DNA of 64,000 nucleotides from positions 21,863 through 85,862 of the forward strand of contig CAVYCR010000007.1 in NCBI GenBank assembly GCA_963767115.1, written 5' to 3'. How positions within the stretch are numbered: the first letter of the stretch is position 1; the number at the start of each line of letters is the position of its first letter. The position numbers and the translations under genes are program-made. Of this stretch, positions 1-10,400 are shown piece by piece. The stretch is from Candidatus Kaiserbacteria bacterium. GTDB taxonomy: Bacteria > Patescibacteriota > Minisyncoccia > Phycocordibacterales > UBA2100. Below the pieces are notes generated by a model. It made no database searches, had not been told where the DNA came from, and was given only the letters and a program-made list of their open reading frames with translations.

Positions 1-2
1 CG

Positions 3-554
3 CTCGTTGCTGCAGACGGGTCGCTCGAGGAGATTATTCAAGCCAAGAAGCAGGAGTTCGGAGCCAACTTCTACGGCGCAGTTCGTCGATTCTTCCTCCA
101 GACTGTCGACTATCTATGGGTCGACCATTTGGAGGCGATGGAATATCTACGCTCAAGCGTCAATCTCCGTGCGTACGGCCAGCGTGACCCGCTTGTCGAA
201 TACAAGAAGGAGGGCCTCAGACTCTTCCAGACTATGGAAGACACCTACATTCTGCGTGCCTCAGATATGATCCGGCAGATGAGCACTGCTCCAGCGCCTG
301 CCTCGTCCGCCGTACCGGCAATGGTGCAGGGCGATATGGTCCGCAAGGCAGCCCTCTCGATCACTGCGGGGCTAGCAGAGTCCGCCTCTCATCAGCATGA
401 ATACGGACGTAATGATCAGGTGACTATCTCAGATGGCAAAGAAACTCGTTCAATGAAATACAAGAAAGCACAACCATTGCTTCAGAGCGGAGATTGGAAA
501 ATCGTTGATATTAGGGACAGTTCGTCATCTCACCTTGAGACTCGGATGGGCTAG
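3..554 (+). CDS. secA: Preprotein translocase subunit SecA, C-terminal end (5' part lies upstream of the window)
   Basis: Frame 3 is open from the window edge to TAG 552-554. The translation LVAADGSLEEIIQAKKQEFGANFYGAVRRFFLQTVDYLWVDHLEAMEYLRSSVNLRAYGQRDPLVEYKKEGLRLF matches the conserved SecA C-terminal helical region (W..HL..M..LR..I.LR.Y.Q.DP..EYK.E). Confidence 0.9.
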   Translation, partial: LVAADGSLEEIIQAKKQEFGANFYGAVRRFFLQTVDYLWVDHLEAMEYLRSSVNLRAYGQRDPLVEYKKEGLRLFQTMEDTYILRASDMIRQMSTAPAPASSAVPAMVQGDMVRKAALSITAGLAESASHQHEYGRNDQVTISDGKETRSMKYKKAQPLLQSGDWKIVDIRDSSSSHLETRMG

Positions 555-578
555 ATAAGGGGTCTCCTGGATTGTTAG

Positions 579-1307
579 TTAGTGCAGGACCCGTGGAATC
601 GCAATGTCGTGCCTGACGCTATTGATCAGGTTGATAGGGTAGGCAGCGGCCGCTGTAAATCCACTAACGTCACTTGGGAGCTTAGTCTCTGACTCCATTG
701 CCATGCGGCCTAGGTTGCCGATACCTTCCTCGGCAAAGGAGGTGCCAGTATGCAGGCCTGAGGGGTCAAGAATTGCATACCCACAGGTAAAGAACAGGCA
801 GGCGCACAAAAGAGCTATCAGCTTATGAATGATTTCAAGTGCCGGTGGTATCTGATAGAGGGGTACATGTGCCATGTGCAAAGCAGCGTATGAAGCCCCC
901 GAGGGAGTGTTTGTAAGATCAGAGGCGATAGTGCTTGCCGCGTGACGCCGTGGTTGCGTGAGCGCATTTTCAAATTGATCTTTTATGCTGACACCAGAGG
1001 ATGCCGCATCACGAGAGGAGTCCTCGTCGAATGGGAGTTGAGAATAATGGTAGGTGCCGATACGTTCCTTTGAGAGCTCCTCATTGCGAAGCGTGCGAAC
1101 ATATTGCTGTGATACGATAAATTCTTTTAGGGATTGTTCTGCGACAAACCAACTCCTACCAATACGTTTTCCTGCCACACGATTTTGCCTGCAGAGTCTT
1201 GCAATATAATCGCGGGTCATATGGAAAGAGTCCGACGCGCTTGCTGCTGAGATATATCGAGTGCCGTTTAAGGTTATTTCATTGCCCATAGACAAGTATT
1301 TAGTCAT
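579..1307 (-). CDS. Hypothetical membrane protein: N-terminal excisionase/MerR-like HTH module, linker, one TM helix
   Basis: 242-aa ORF. The segment TRYISAASASDSFHMTRDYIARLCRQNRVAGKRIGRSWFVAEQSLKEFI is paralogous to the N-termini of ORF 1416-2399 and of the giant gene. Hydrophobic helix IIHKLIALLCACLFFTCGYAIL. Confidence 0.7.
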   Translation of the reverse strand: MTKYLSMGNEITLNGTRYISAASASDSFHMTRDYIARLCRQNRVAGKRIGRSWFVAEQSLKEFIVSQQYVRTLRNEELSKERIGTYHYSQLPFDEDSSRDAASSGVSIKDQFENALTQPRRHAASTIASDLTNTPSGASYAALHMAHVPLYQIPPALEIIHKLIALLCACLFFTCGYAILDPSGLHTGTSFAEEGIGNLGRMAMESETKLPSDVSGFTAAAAYPINLINSVRHDIAIPRVLH

Positions 1308-1415
1308 CCGACTTATCTATATTTTACGACCTATTTTGCTTAAATACTCCCTATCGATATGTAACTGGGGATAACACCAAGGAGAGGTGTACTTTGATGA
1401 GTGCCCAATGTGATT

Positions 1416-2399
1416 TTAACGCGAATAACTCAACTCTGGCACAATTAAATCTTCAATTTTACTTGCAAGTACATCAATGGCATCTCGGACGTTGGACATA
1501 GCAACGGAACTAGCCATTCTTTGTAATTGAATATTTCGCGTGAGTGCATGTACCGAGCCGCTTTTGAGAGAAAAGTATGAGAGCGAAAGAATAGCTACTA
1601 TGCCGAAGCTTGTTAGAGTTATAGTTATCATGTGCTGTCTTCGGGTGTAGCCTTTTGTAGGATTTCTTTTAGTCTTTCTATAAGTCGGTCTTGGAGACTG
1701 TTCTCGAACTTGTACTGGTCGGCTAAGTCGTATCGGTATCTGGTGTTGGAGGTGACTGTTGTTTTCTTCATCCTCAAGAAAGCTAGTATCTAAATCGGCT
1801 TTGGTGGTGATAGTATCAATTTTTTTGTTACCAATCTTGTCAGCAAGGGGTGGTAGAAGATGAGATCCGTTATCGACACTGTAGTAGAGTGACGGAGCTG
1901 GACTCGTATCTTGTAAGCCTGCATGTAGGGGGATGCCAAGAGAATCTCTCTGTACTGATGCCAGTAGAGCATCCTTTTCATCTTTATGTGCAATGATGCC
2001 ATCCCTGTCGATATACCAGCGCTTACCAAGCTGTCTTGAGAGAATCTTACCACCGCGAGCTAATTGGCCGATATAATCTTGATTATAGCCTGTAATCTTC
2101 GATGCTCGGTTCGCCGATATGTAGTCTCTTCCATCAAAGGAAACTAGTACGTCGTTGGTATTTCGACGTGATAGGTCAGTATCTTTGTCTCCTGACGCTA
2201 GACTCGGGGGCACTGGATTTTCCTTGTAGGCATGTAGTGATTCCATTGATACATACCAGAGGCCTCCCATCCGATGTGCGTCTATGGCCCCACTTCTGGC
2301 TAGTTGGCCGATATAGTCCTGTGTATATTGGCTTAAGTCAGAAGCTCGCTTTGACGAGAAGTATTGTTTTCCTTCGATTACCATCTCGTTAGAATCCAT
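1416..2399 (-). CDS. Hypothetical membrane protein with two tandem HTH-like modules and a C-proximal TM helix
   Basis: 327-aa ORF with two copies of the module: KQYFSSKRASDLSQYTQDYIGQLARSGAIDAHRMGGLWYVSMESLHAYK and RDYISANRASKITGYNQDYIGQLARGGKILSRQLGKRWYIDRDGIIAHK. TM helix MITITLTSFGIVAILSLSYFSL. TATACT lies 9 nt upstream of the ATG. Confidence 0.7.
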   Translation of the reverse strand: MDSNEMVIEGKQYFSSKRASDLSQYTQDYIGQLARSGAIDAHRMGGLWYVSMESLHAYKENPVPPSLASGDKDTDLSRRNTNDVLVSFDGRDYISANRASKITGYNQDYIGQLARGGKILSRQLGKRWYIDRDGIIAHKDEKDALLASVQRDSLGIPLHAGLQDTSPAPSLYYSVDNGSHLLPPLADKIGNKKIDTITTKADLDTSFLEDEENNSHLQHQIPIRLSRPVQVREQSPRPTYRKTKRNPTKGYTRRQHMITITLTSFGIVAILSLSYFSLKSGSVHALTRNIQLQRMASSVAMSNVRDAIDVLASKIEDLIVPELSYSR

Positions 2400-2512
2400 A
2401 ATGTCTCTAGTATAGCGCGATATTTACTTAGCTGACAGCTACTTGGGGACAATAGCTGGCTTATATTAAAGCTGGCTCCACCTATAATTTCGGAAATAAT
2501 GCCAAAACAATT

Positions 2513-3952
2513 TTATCCGAGCTCCTTAATCTTATCTATTATAAGTGTTTTTAGCGATTCAGGATCGGCAGCACCTCGCAGAGCCTTCATGCTTTGACCT
2601 ATTAAGAACTGTAAGGCAGCATCTCGGCCATCCTTGTAGTCTGCAACTACCTTCTGATTTTGGTCGATTACCCTTTTAATTACTGCAGTGAGATCATCTG
2701 TTGAAGTATTTTGGAAGAGATCAAGTTCTTTCGCAATTTCTTCGGGATCTCGATTCTCTTTGACCGATTGTATAAGGAGATCCTTACCCATTCGAGATGA
2801 GATCTTCTTTTCTGAGAGCATTATTATTATCTTCGTGAAGTTGTTCGCAGAAATGGATATAATGTCCTTATTTCCCGATTCTCGGGTTTGCAAATCTCGG
2901 ACAGTCTTGACCAAGTCATTGATAATATAATTTGACGCAAGTTTCAGGATCTCAGGCCGGTTATCAATACCCGCTATCTTGTCGAGAAAGTCACCGAAGG
3001 CCGTCTCTCGAACGTAGAACTCTCCGTCCTCATTCTTGATACCCATAGCTGTGTATCGGGACAGTCGGTCTTTAGGAAGCTCTGGAAGGGTCGCCTTAAG
3101 CGCATCAAATGAGTATTCTGGCACTTCCGAGATCTTGAGAGAGGGGAGATCTGGATCAGGGAAATAGCGATAATCAACAGCACCCTCCTTGCTGCGCTGC
3201 GGGAAGGTTGCCTGCTTGTTTTCATCCCAGCCTAGTGTCTGCTTAACCAGCACACCCCCCTCATCTAAAAGCTTCTTCTGGCGTTCAACTTCGTAGAGCA
3301 CGGCGCGCTCCATCGCCTTAAAGGAATTAAGATTCTTTATCTCAACATATGCTGTACTGCGCTCGCCTTTAGGTGCTACCGATACATTTGCCTCCACTCG
3401 CATCTGGCCCTTTTCCATGTTTGCTTCACTCGCTCCGAGGTAACGCAATAGTACCTGGAGCTCTCGCCCGAAAGAAGCTGCTTCCGCAGCTGATTTTATA
3501 GCTGGTTCGGTTACTAGTTCCATTAGGGGCACACCAGAACGATTGTAATCAATCAGCGTTGTGCCTGATGCATCGTCATGTATTGAACTTGCTGTGTCTT
3601 CTTCGAGATGTACACGCGTGATCGGTACACCAGCAAGGCTGCCACCAGACACTAAGGGGAATTCAAATTGGCTTATTTGATAACCCTTCGGCAGATCAGG
3701 GTAAAAGTAATTCTTTCGGTCGAATTCGGTATAGTCAGCGATAGTGCTACCAAGCGCTGCGCCTACCCGTAGGACATGTGTAACTGCCTCGCGATTGATG
3801 ACGGGTAAAGTACCTGGATGCGCCAGGCAGATAGGGCAAATATTTACATTGGGTGTGAGCTCGTCGGGGTCATTCCTAGAGGTGCAGAACATCTTAGTAG
3901 AAGTCTGTAGTTCGGCGTGTATCTCAAGGCCTATTGTTACTTCATACTCCAT
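2513..3952 (-). CDS. gatB: Asp/Glu-tRNA(Asn/Gln) amidotransferase subunit B
   Basis: MEYEVTIGLEIHAELQTSTKMFCTSRNDPDELTPNVNICPICLAHPGTLPVINREAV is a canonical GatB N-terminus. I chose the internal ATG (3952) over the ORF-track start 3991, whose 13 extra residues are non-homologous. TACAGT lies 6 nt upstream of this ATG. Confidence 0.95.
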   Translation of the reverse strand: MEYEVTIGLEIHAELQTSTKMFCTSRNDPDELTPNVNICPICLAHPGTLPVINREAVTHVLRVGAALGSTIADYTEFDRKNYFYPDLPKGYQISQFEFPLVSGGSLAGVPITRVHLEEDTASSIHDDASGTTLIDYNRSGVPLMELVTEPAIKSAAEAASFGRELQVLLRYLGASEANMEKGQMRVEANVSVAPKGERSTAYVEIKNLNSFKAMERAVLYEVERQKKLLDEGGVLVKQTLGWDENKQATFPQRSKEGAVDYRYFPDPDLPSLKISEVPEYSFDALKATLPELPKDRLSRYTAMGIKNEDGEFYVRETAFGDFLDKIAGIDNRPEILKLASNYIINDLVKTVRDLQTRESGNKDIISISANNFTKIIIMLSEKKISSRMGKDLLIQSVKENRDPEEIAKELDLFQNTSTDDLTAVIKRVIDQNQKVVADYKDGRDAALQFLIGQSMKALRGAADPESLKTLIIDKIKELG

Positions 3953-4474
3953 AGCTAAACTGTAACAAAAAATAAGAAGCACACAATGCAAATAAGAGTA
4001 ATTCGTTGCGGTTCTATGATAATGGCTCCTATAGAGAGGAAATAGACATATTCTCGTATATCCGATATATATCTATAAATAAGGATATATTTATATCTCG
4101 GATGACGAGATTGTGTAAAAGGATTACAGATTCTCACACCAGCACGATTTATTTGCGAAGCAGTATTTTCTAATTCGTTTTTGATTTCTATGTATATGAG
4201 TCGTCCATACGGAGGCTAGTACCGTCCCCAAGTGCCCTATAAATCCCTGTAGAAATCCCTCTAGAGACGGCGACTCAGTAGGTCTCGGCAAATACGTCAT
4301 GAATGTATTTTAGGGGTTTAAAATATTTTGCTGATCATGTGAGATTGGTAGACAGTAACACTAGTTGTGCAAAGATTTTTACAAGAATCATTTTATCCAC
4401 AGAAGATTTTTTCTCGGCACATTTGCACCCGAATTGTCGGTAAAATACTAACTATTCGTGGTCGTGTGTTCTGT

Positions 4475-7400
4475 ATGAATGACAAAATAAATTCTGATGA
4501 AGATTCGTATGTATCTGCAAACGAGGCAGCGAGTTCTTCTGGGTTCACACGCGATTACATAACACGCTTATCGCGACAAGGAAAAATTAATGCGAAGCGA
4601 ATTGAAAAAAGTTGGTACGTTGATAAACGATCCCTTCAAGAATTCGTTGAGAATCAGGAGGCACAGAAGGAAATTCGACGCAGGCAGCTTATTGATAATT
4701 CACGGAAGCAGAAAGACTTAGTAAAAGTACCCGTCGCTCTTCCTAAGAAAAAGTTGCTTGCGACAAGTGTGTTTTTTGTTGCACTCGGTCTCTTTGGTGT
4801 GGCTACTGCATACCCTGCGATGGAAATTGCGATGGGTAATTTTGGAACAAAGATCGCATCGGATTCTTCTGATAGTAGTTACGGAAAATCAGTAATTAAG
4901 CCACAGTTCGTCACGGCGGGAAATGGCCTTTCCTTGAGCGCTCTACGCACACAAGAAGTCGCTGCGACAGCCGCTTCAACGGGAGGCACAACTATTTTCC
5001 AAAAGCTTGCTCTTGGCCTCACTTCATTTTTCCAGGAACTCTTCAATCCTAATTCAGGATCTGTTTCAATTCAGGTAGCAACATCTAAATCTAGTGCTGC
5101 TAATGTAAATGCAACCTCCAATGTAACTCCATCAGCACAAAATCTGGCGGCTCTTACTGGTACGAATAGCAATGCCAATACATCTGCAAATATAAATGTA
5201 AGCGAGCCAAGCTCAATATCCAGCTCGCTACCAGCGCCCCATAGCGTCAGTAGTAATTTTATTGGTGCTAGCACACCGACTACTGTAGCAACGCCGGTAA
5301 CGACTGTACGGGCGCCCGTTACTGGCACGCGCCCACCTACTGTAATTAACAATATTTATAATACTTATACCTATGCCAGCAGCAGTCCAACCACCTCAAG
5401 CGTGGCCTCACTTGATGCTGTCACGGAAGGTGAATTAGAAAGTAAACTCAACGCACTCTCAGATTCGCTGCACTTCCAATCATATCCGAGTTCAGCCCCT
5501 TCTTCAGGTGGTGCGGCCAACGACATCGCGCTCTCGCAAAACATAGATCAGCTCACAGGGACGACTCTTACTAATGTAAGACTCAATGGAGTGAGTGGTC
5601 TTCAGGCTTCAGATATCCCTGATCTCTCGGGTGATTACCTTGCATTATCCGGCGGGACTCTCACTGGAGCTCTCAATGTAGCTTCTGCGACTGCGACCTC
5701 GACGTTTGCAGACGGTGTCGATCTTACTGGCGGGTGTTTCAGTATCAACGGTGTTTGTATCACTGGTGGCGGTGGGGGCGGCGGCTCTAACCCAGGAGGT
5801 GCTTCCGGAACAATCCAATACAACAATAATGGCACCCTCGCGGGGATTTCGAATTTTACCTATTCGACGACGACCGGCAGTGTAGGCATCGGCACGACAA
5901 CAATTACTTCACTTACATTGGGGTCAGCACTTGGTGTCGGATATGGTGGCACGGGTACAACAACTATCCCCACCTATGGGGAATTGCTCGTCGGCAACAC
6001 TCAAGGAGGTTATGATCTCGTCTCGACGTCTTCGCTCGGCATCGTAGGTGGCGGAGGAGGAGGCGGTGGCCCTGCGACATGGGGAAGTATTACAGGCACA
6101 CTTTCTAATCAAACCGATTTACAAAACGCGCTCAATGCGAAACTATCGCTCACCGACTGGTATGCAACGACAACTGACGGCTTGAAAGAGGGAACCGATA
6201 ATTTGTATTTCACCTCTACACGTGCGCAAAACGCGATTTCGGTCAGTGGGACACCGCTTACTTATTCGGGAGGTGTCATTGGTATCAATCAGGCAAATGC
6301 ATCACAAGCGGGTTTTCTCTCTGCGGTCGATTGGAATACGTTCAATAGCAAACTCTCGTCAACTTCACTCTCAGGAGGTACTGGTATCAACTACAACTCT
6401 GCAACCGGAGTCTTTACAAGCACTGGTGTCACGTCGCTTGCAGCAGCGTACCCGCTCCTTACAACCGGCTCAGGCGCTCTCACGCTGAGCCTGGGTTTTG
6501 GGACGACCACAAGTAATACATGGTCGCAGCTTCAGATGTTCAATGGTGGTGCATCGACCACCAATATAAGTGTCTCTGGTATCGGATATTTCGGTACCGC
6601 GTCCACGACCAACCTCACAATCTCAAGTCTCGGCAACGCACTCCTTTCAACGAATGGAAATGGTTCGGTCATCGCTACCACCTCAATCGGCACCAACCTC
6701 CTCACCGGTTCTCTCGGTACGATCAACGGCACCGCCTTCAATGCGGGATCGTCGATCACTGTCGGCAGTGCATCTACCACTTTGTTGGCGAACAACAACA
6801 CCTTCTCCGGCACCGACACCTTCAACAACACGATCACCGGCTCGATCTCAGGCAACGCAGGCACGGTCACCAACGGCGTCTACACCACTACCTTCAACGG
6901 CCTCTTCGATCCGCGCTTCATCACTGACCTCGCCGCCACCTCATCAATCGGCTCCATCACCACGCTCCCCAACCTCTCCCTGCCGTACAGCCAGATCACG
7001 GGTGCACCTACCTCGTTCGCTTCTTCTACGCTCTTGGGTGACAACAACACCTTCTCGGGCAAGACCACCCTCACCAACGCAACCTCATCAAGCTTCGCGA
7101 TCACGAACCTTGCCAACTCTCTGCTCTCAGTGAACGCAAGCGGCTCGATCATCGCGACGACTTCGATCGGCACCAACCTCCTCACCGGAACCTTGGGTAT
7201 TGGTAACGGTGGCACGGGCTCCACTACGCTCAGCGGCATTCTCGTGGGGAATGGCACAAGCCCGATCAATACATTGACGATTGGCTCGGGCCTCACACTC
7301 CTAGGTACGACACTCTCTACCAGTGGCTCTGGCATCACCGCACTTGGTCCGATCGGACAGACTCAAGCGGGCGGTACACAAACTCTGGCGACGACCAGCG

Positions 7401-10400
7401 CCTCCTTCGATGGACTCACTGCGGGTATAACCATTGTAGGTTCATCCAACACTCAGACCTTCACTCCGACGCTCTCCGGCACCCTCGGGATCGCCGGCGG
7501 TGGCACCGGGCAGAGCTCCTTCGGCTACGGCCTCGTCCTAGGAAACGGCACGAACCCCCTCACCAACATCGCTACATCTTCCTTGGGTCTCCTCACCACC
7601 AATGTTGCAGAAGGAAGCAATCTTTACTTCACCAACGCACGTGCACAATCTGCAATCTCCGTCTCCGGTACACCGTTGACCTACTCAAGTGGTGTAATCG
7701 GTATAAACCAAGCAAACGCTAGCCAATCCGGCTTCCTCGCCTCCAGCGACTGGACCTCCTTCAACAACAAAATCTCAAGTACGTCGCTTTCTGCGACCTA
7801 TCCGCTCGCGTACAACAGCAGTACAGGAATCTTCTCGCTCGGCTTCGGCACCACTACCAGCAACACGTGGGCAGGCACACAAACCTTCACCAATACTTCT
7901 GCAACCAACGCCACAACAACGAACCTCGCTATCATTGGTATCACCAACGCCATTCTATCCACCAACGGTTCGGGTTCCGTCGTCGCGACGACTTCAATCG
8001 GCACCAACCTCCTCACCGGTTCTCTCGGTACGATCAACGGCACTGCCTTCAATGCGGGATCGTCGATCACTGTCGGCAGTGCATCTACCACTCTGCTAAC
8101 GAACAACAACACCTTTAGTGGTTCTGATATTTTCTCGCAACCTCTCTCGTTGAGCTCGACGAATGGCACCACCACGATTGCTTCAGGGCAAGGATTTACT
8201 GTCGGCAGCTCACAGTTTGTGCTGCAGCAGGGAAGCGGCAATGTCGGGGTCGGCACCACCTCTCCTTTTGCAAAATTCTCGGTTGCAGGAAATGCGTTTG
8301 TTAGTGGCAGTCTCACGACAGCAAGTGTACAGGTCTCTGGTGTCCTTACCCTCCCGAACATACTTTCTTGCGTCGGCGGACAAGCACTCCAGACTGATGG
8401 CTCAGGCAACGTAAGCTGCGGTTCTATTAATGTCTCAGGTGCCTCAAGTGGCGGCGGTTGGACCACCAACAATACGGGACGCGTCAGTCTCGCGACTACG
8501 ACCGATCTCGCCGTTGTCGGTGCTTCTACTACACCCTATGCAAAGTTCACTGTGCTTTCGGGCTCGAACTCTACGACCACTCTCGCCCTCATTCCTACTT
8601 CCGGCCAAACAGCAAATATCATCGACATCTACAACACCAGCGGCACTCTCGGATCAGTCTTTAGTGCGGCAGGCTCGCTTGGGATCGGTACTACTTCACC
8701 CGGCTCGATACTTTCTGTCGCTAATGTCGCAAACTTCTCGACGGGAACCTCGACACTCTACTCAGGGCTCAACATCACAAGTGGATGCTTCTCAGTGAAT
8801 GGCATCTGTGTCGGCAGTAGTAGTGCTTCCACAACCCTCCTAGCGAACAACAACACCTTCTCCGGCACCGACACCTTCAACAACACGATCACCGGCTCGA
8901 TCTCAGGCAACGCAGGCACGGTCACCAACGGCGTCTACACCACTACCTTCAACGGCCTCTTCGATCCGCGCTTCATCACTGACCTCGCCGCCACCTCATC
9001 AATCGGCTCCATCACCACGCTCCCCAACCTCTCCCTGCCGTACAGCCAGATCACGGGTGCACCTACCTCGTTCGCTTCTTCTACGCTCTTGGGTGACAAC
9101 AACACCTTCTCGGGCAAGACCACCCTCACCAACGCAACCTCATCAAGCTTCGCGATCACGAACCTTGCCAACTCTCTGCTCTCAGTGAACGCAAGCGGCT
9201 CGATCATCGCGACGACTTCGATCGGCACCAACCTCCTCACCGGAACCTTGGGTATTGGTAACGGTGGCACCAACGCCACCAGCTACACCTCCGGTCAGCT
9301 TCTCTCCTACAACGGAACGAGCTTCGTCTCCACCTCGACGATTGGCAACAACCAGCTTCAGAACTCTACGATCTCAGGCATCGCTCTCGGAAGCAGCCTC
9401 GCCAACCTCTCAGCAACCAATGGATCCCTTACCTTCTCAGCTTCATACAACGGTGGCAGTGCACAAACCATCGGCCTCAACCTCGCAAATGCCAACAGCT
9501 GGACGGGACTCCAGTCCTTCACCAACGCATCAAACACGCTCACGACACTCGGCACTACCTGGTTCTCAGGAATCAACAATGCCATTCTCTCAACCAATGC
9601 AAACGGACAAGTCGTCGCGACGACTTCGATCGGCACCAATCTCCTCACTGGTAATCTCGCCACAGTCAACGGCACCACAATCGCAAACGGCGGCACCTAC
9701 ACGATCACCGCTGCTTCCTCAACGCTCCTTGCCAACTCCAACACCTTCTCAGGATCGAACTCATTCACCGGCAACACGACCTTCGGCGCAGCAACCTCGT
9801 CATCTTTCGCTATCACCGGTCTTTCCTCAACGCTCCTCAAGGTAAACGCAAGCGGCTCTATCGTCCCAGCGATCGCCGGCACTGACTACGCAGCTGCAGG
9901 CTCTGGTGTAACTTCAATTGCGGCAAGCTATCCATTACTGACTAATGGTTCGACTGGTGCAGTTACTCTTTCACTTGGATTCGGCACCACGACTGCCAAT
10001 GCCTGGAGCCAGCTTCAGACATTCAACGGGGGAGCCAGTACCACCAACTTCACCGCCTCTGGTGAAGGATTCTTCACGACTGCGTCAACCACGAACCTTA
10101 ATCTTGGGACTCCTAATGCACTGCTCTCTACCAATGCAAACGGCTCGGTCGTCTCTACAACGGTGAGCGGCCCGCTCTCATTCGCAGGCAATACACTTTC
10201 AATCTCGCAAGCCAATGGCTCTACAAATGGCTTCTTGGCAAGCGGGGACTGGACCACCTTCAATAACAAGATCTCAAGCACGTCACTCTCTGCCACCTAT
10301 CCGCTTGCATACAACTCAAGCACGGGAGTCTTCTCGACTTCTCTTGCAACGACCACCATCCAACAGACCTACGGCACGAGTCAGATCGGAGCAATTACTT

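Noticed and set aside
3992-4474. The 480-bp AT-rich region upstream of the giant gene, considered as a possible ncRNA (RNase P, SRP, tmRNA, 6S) or riboswitch.
   Set aside because: None of the conserved boxes of these RNAs could be found by eye. Only weak AT-rich imperfect palindromes are present (about 4060-4110). It is most simply a long promoter/leader region, and a covariance-model scan would be needed to exclude an RNA.
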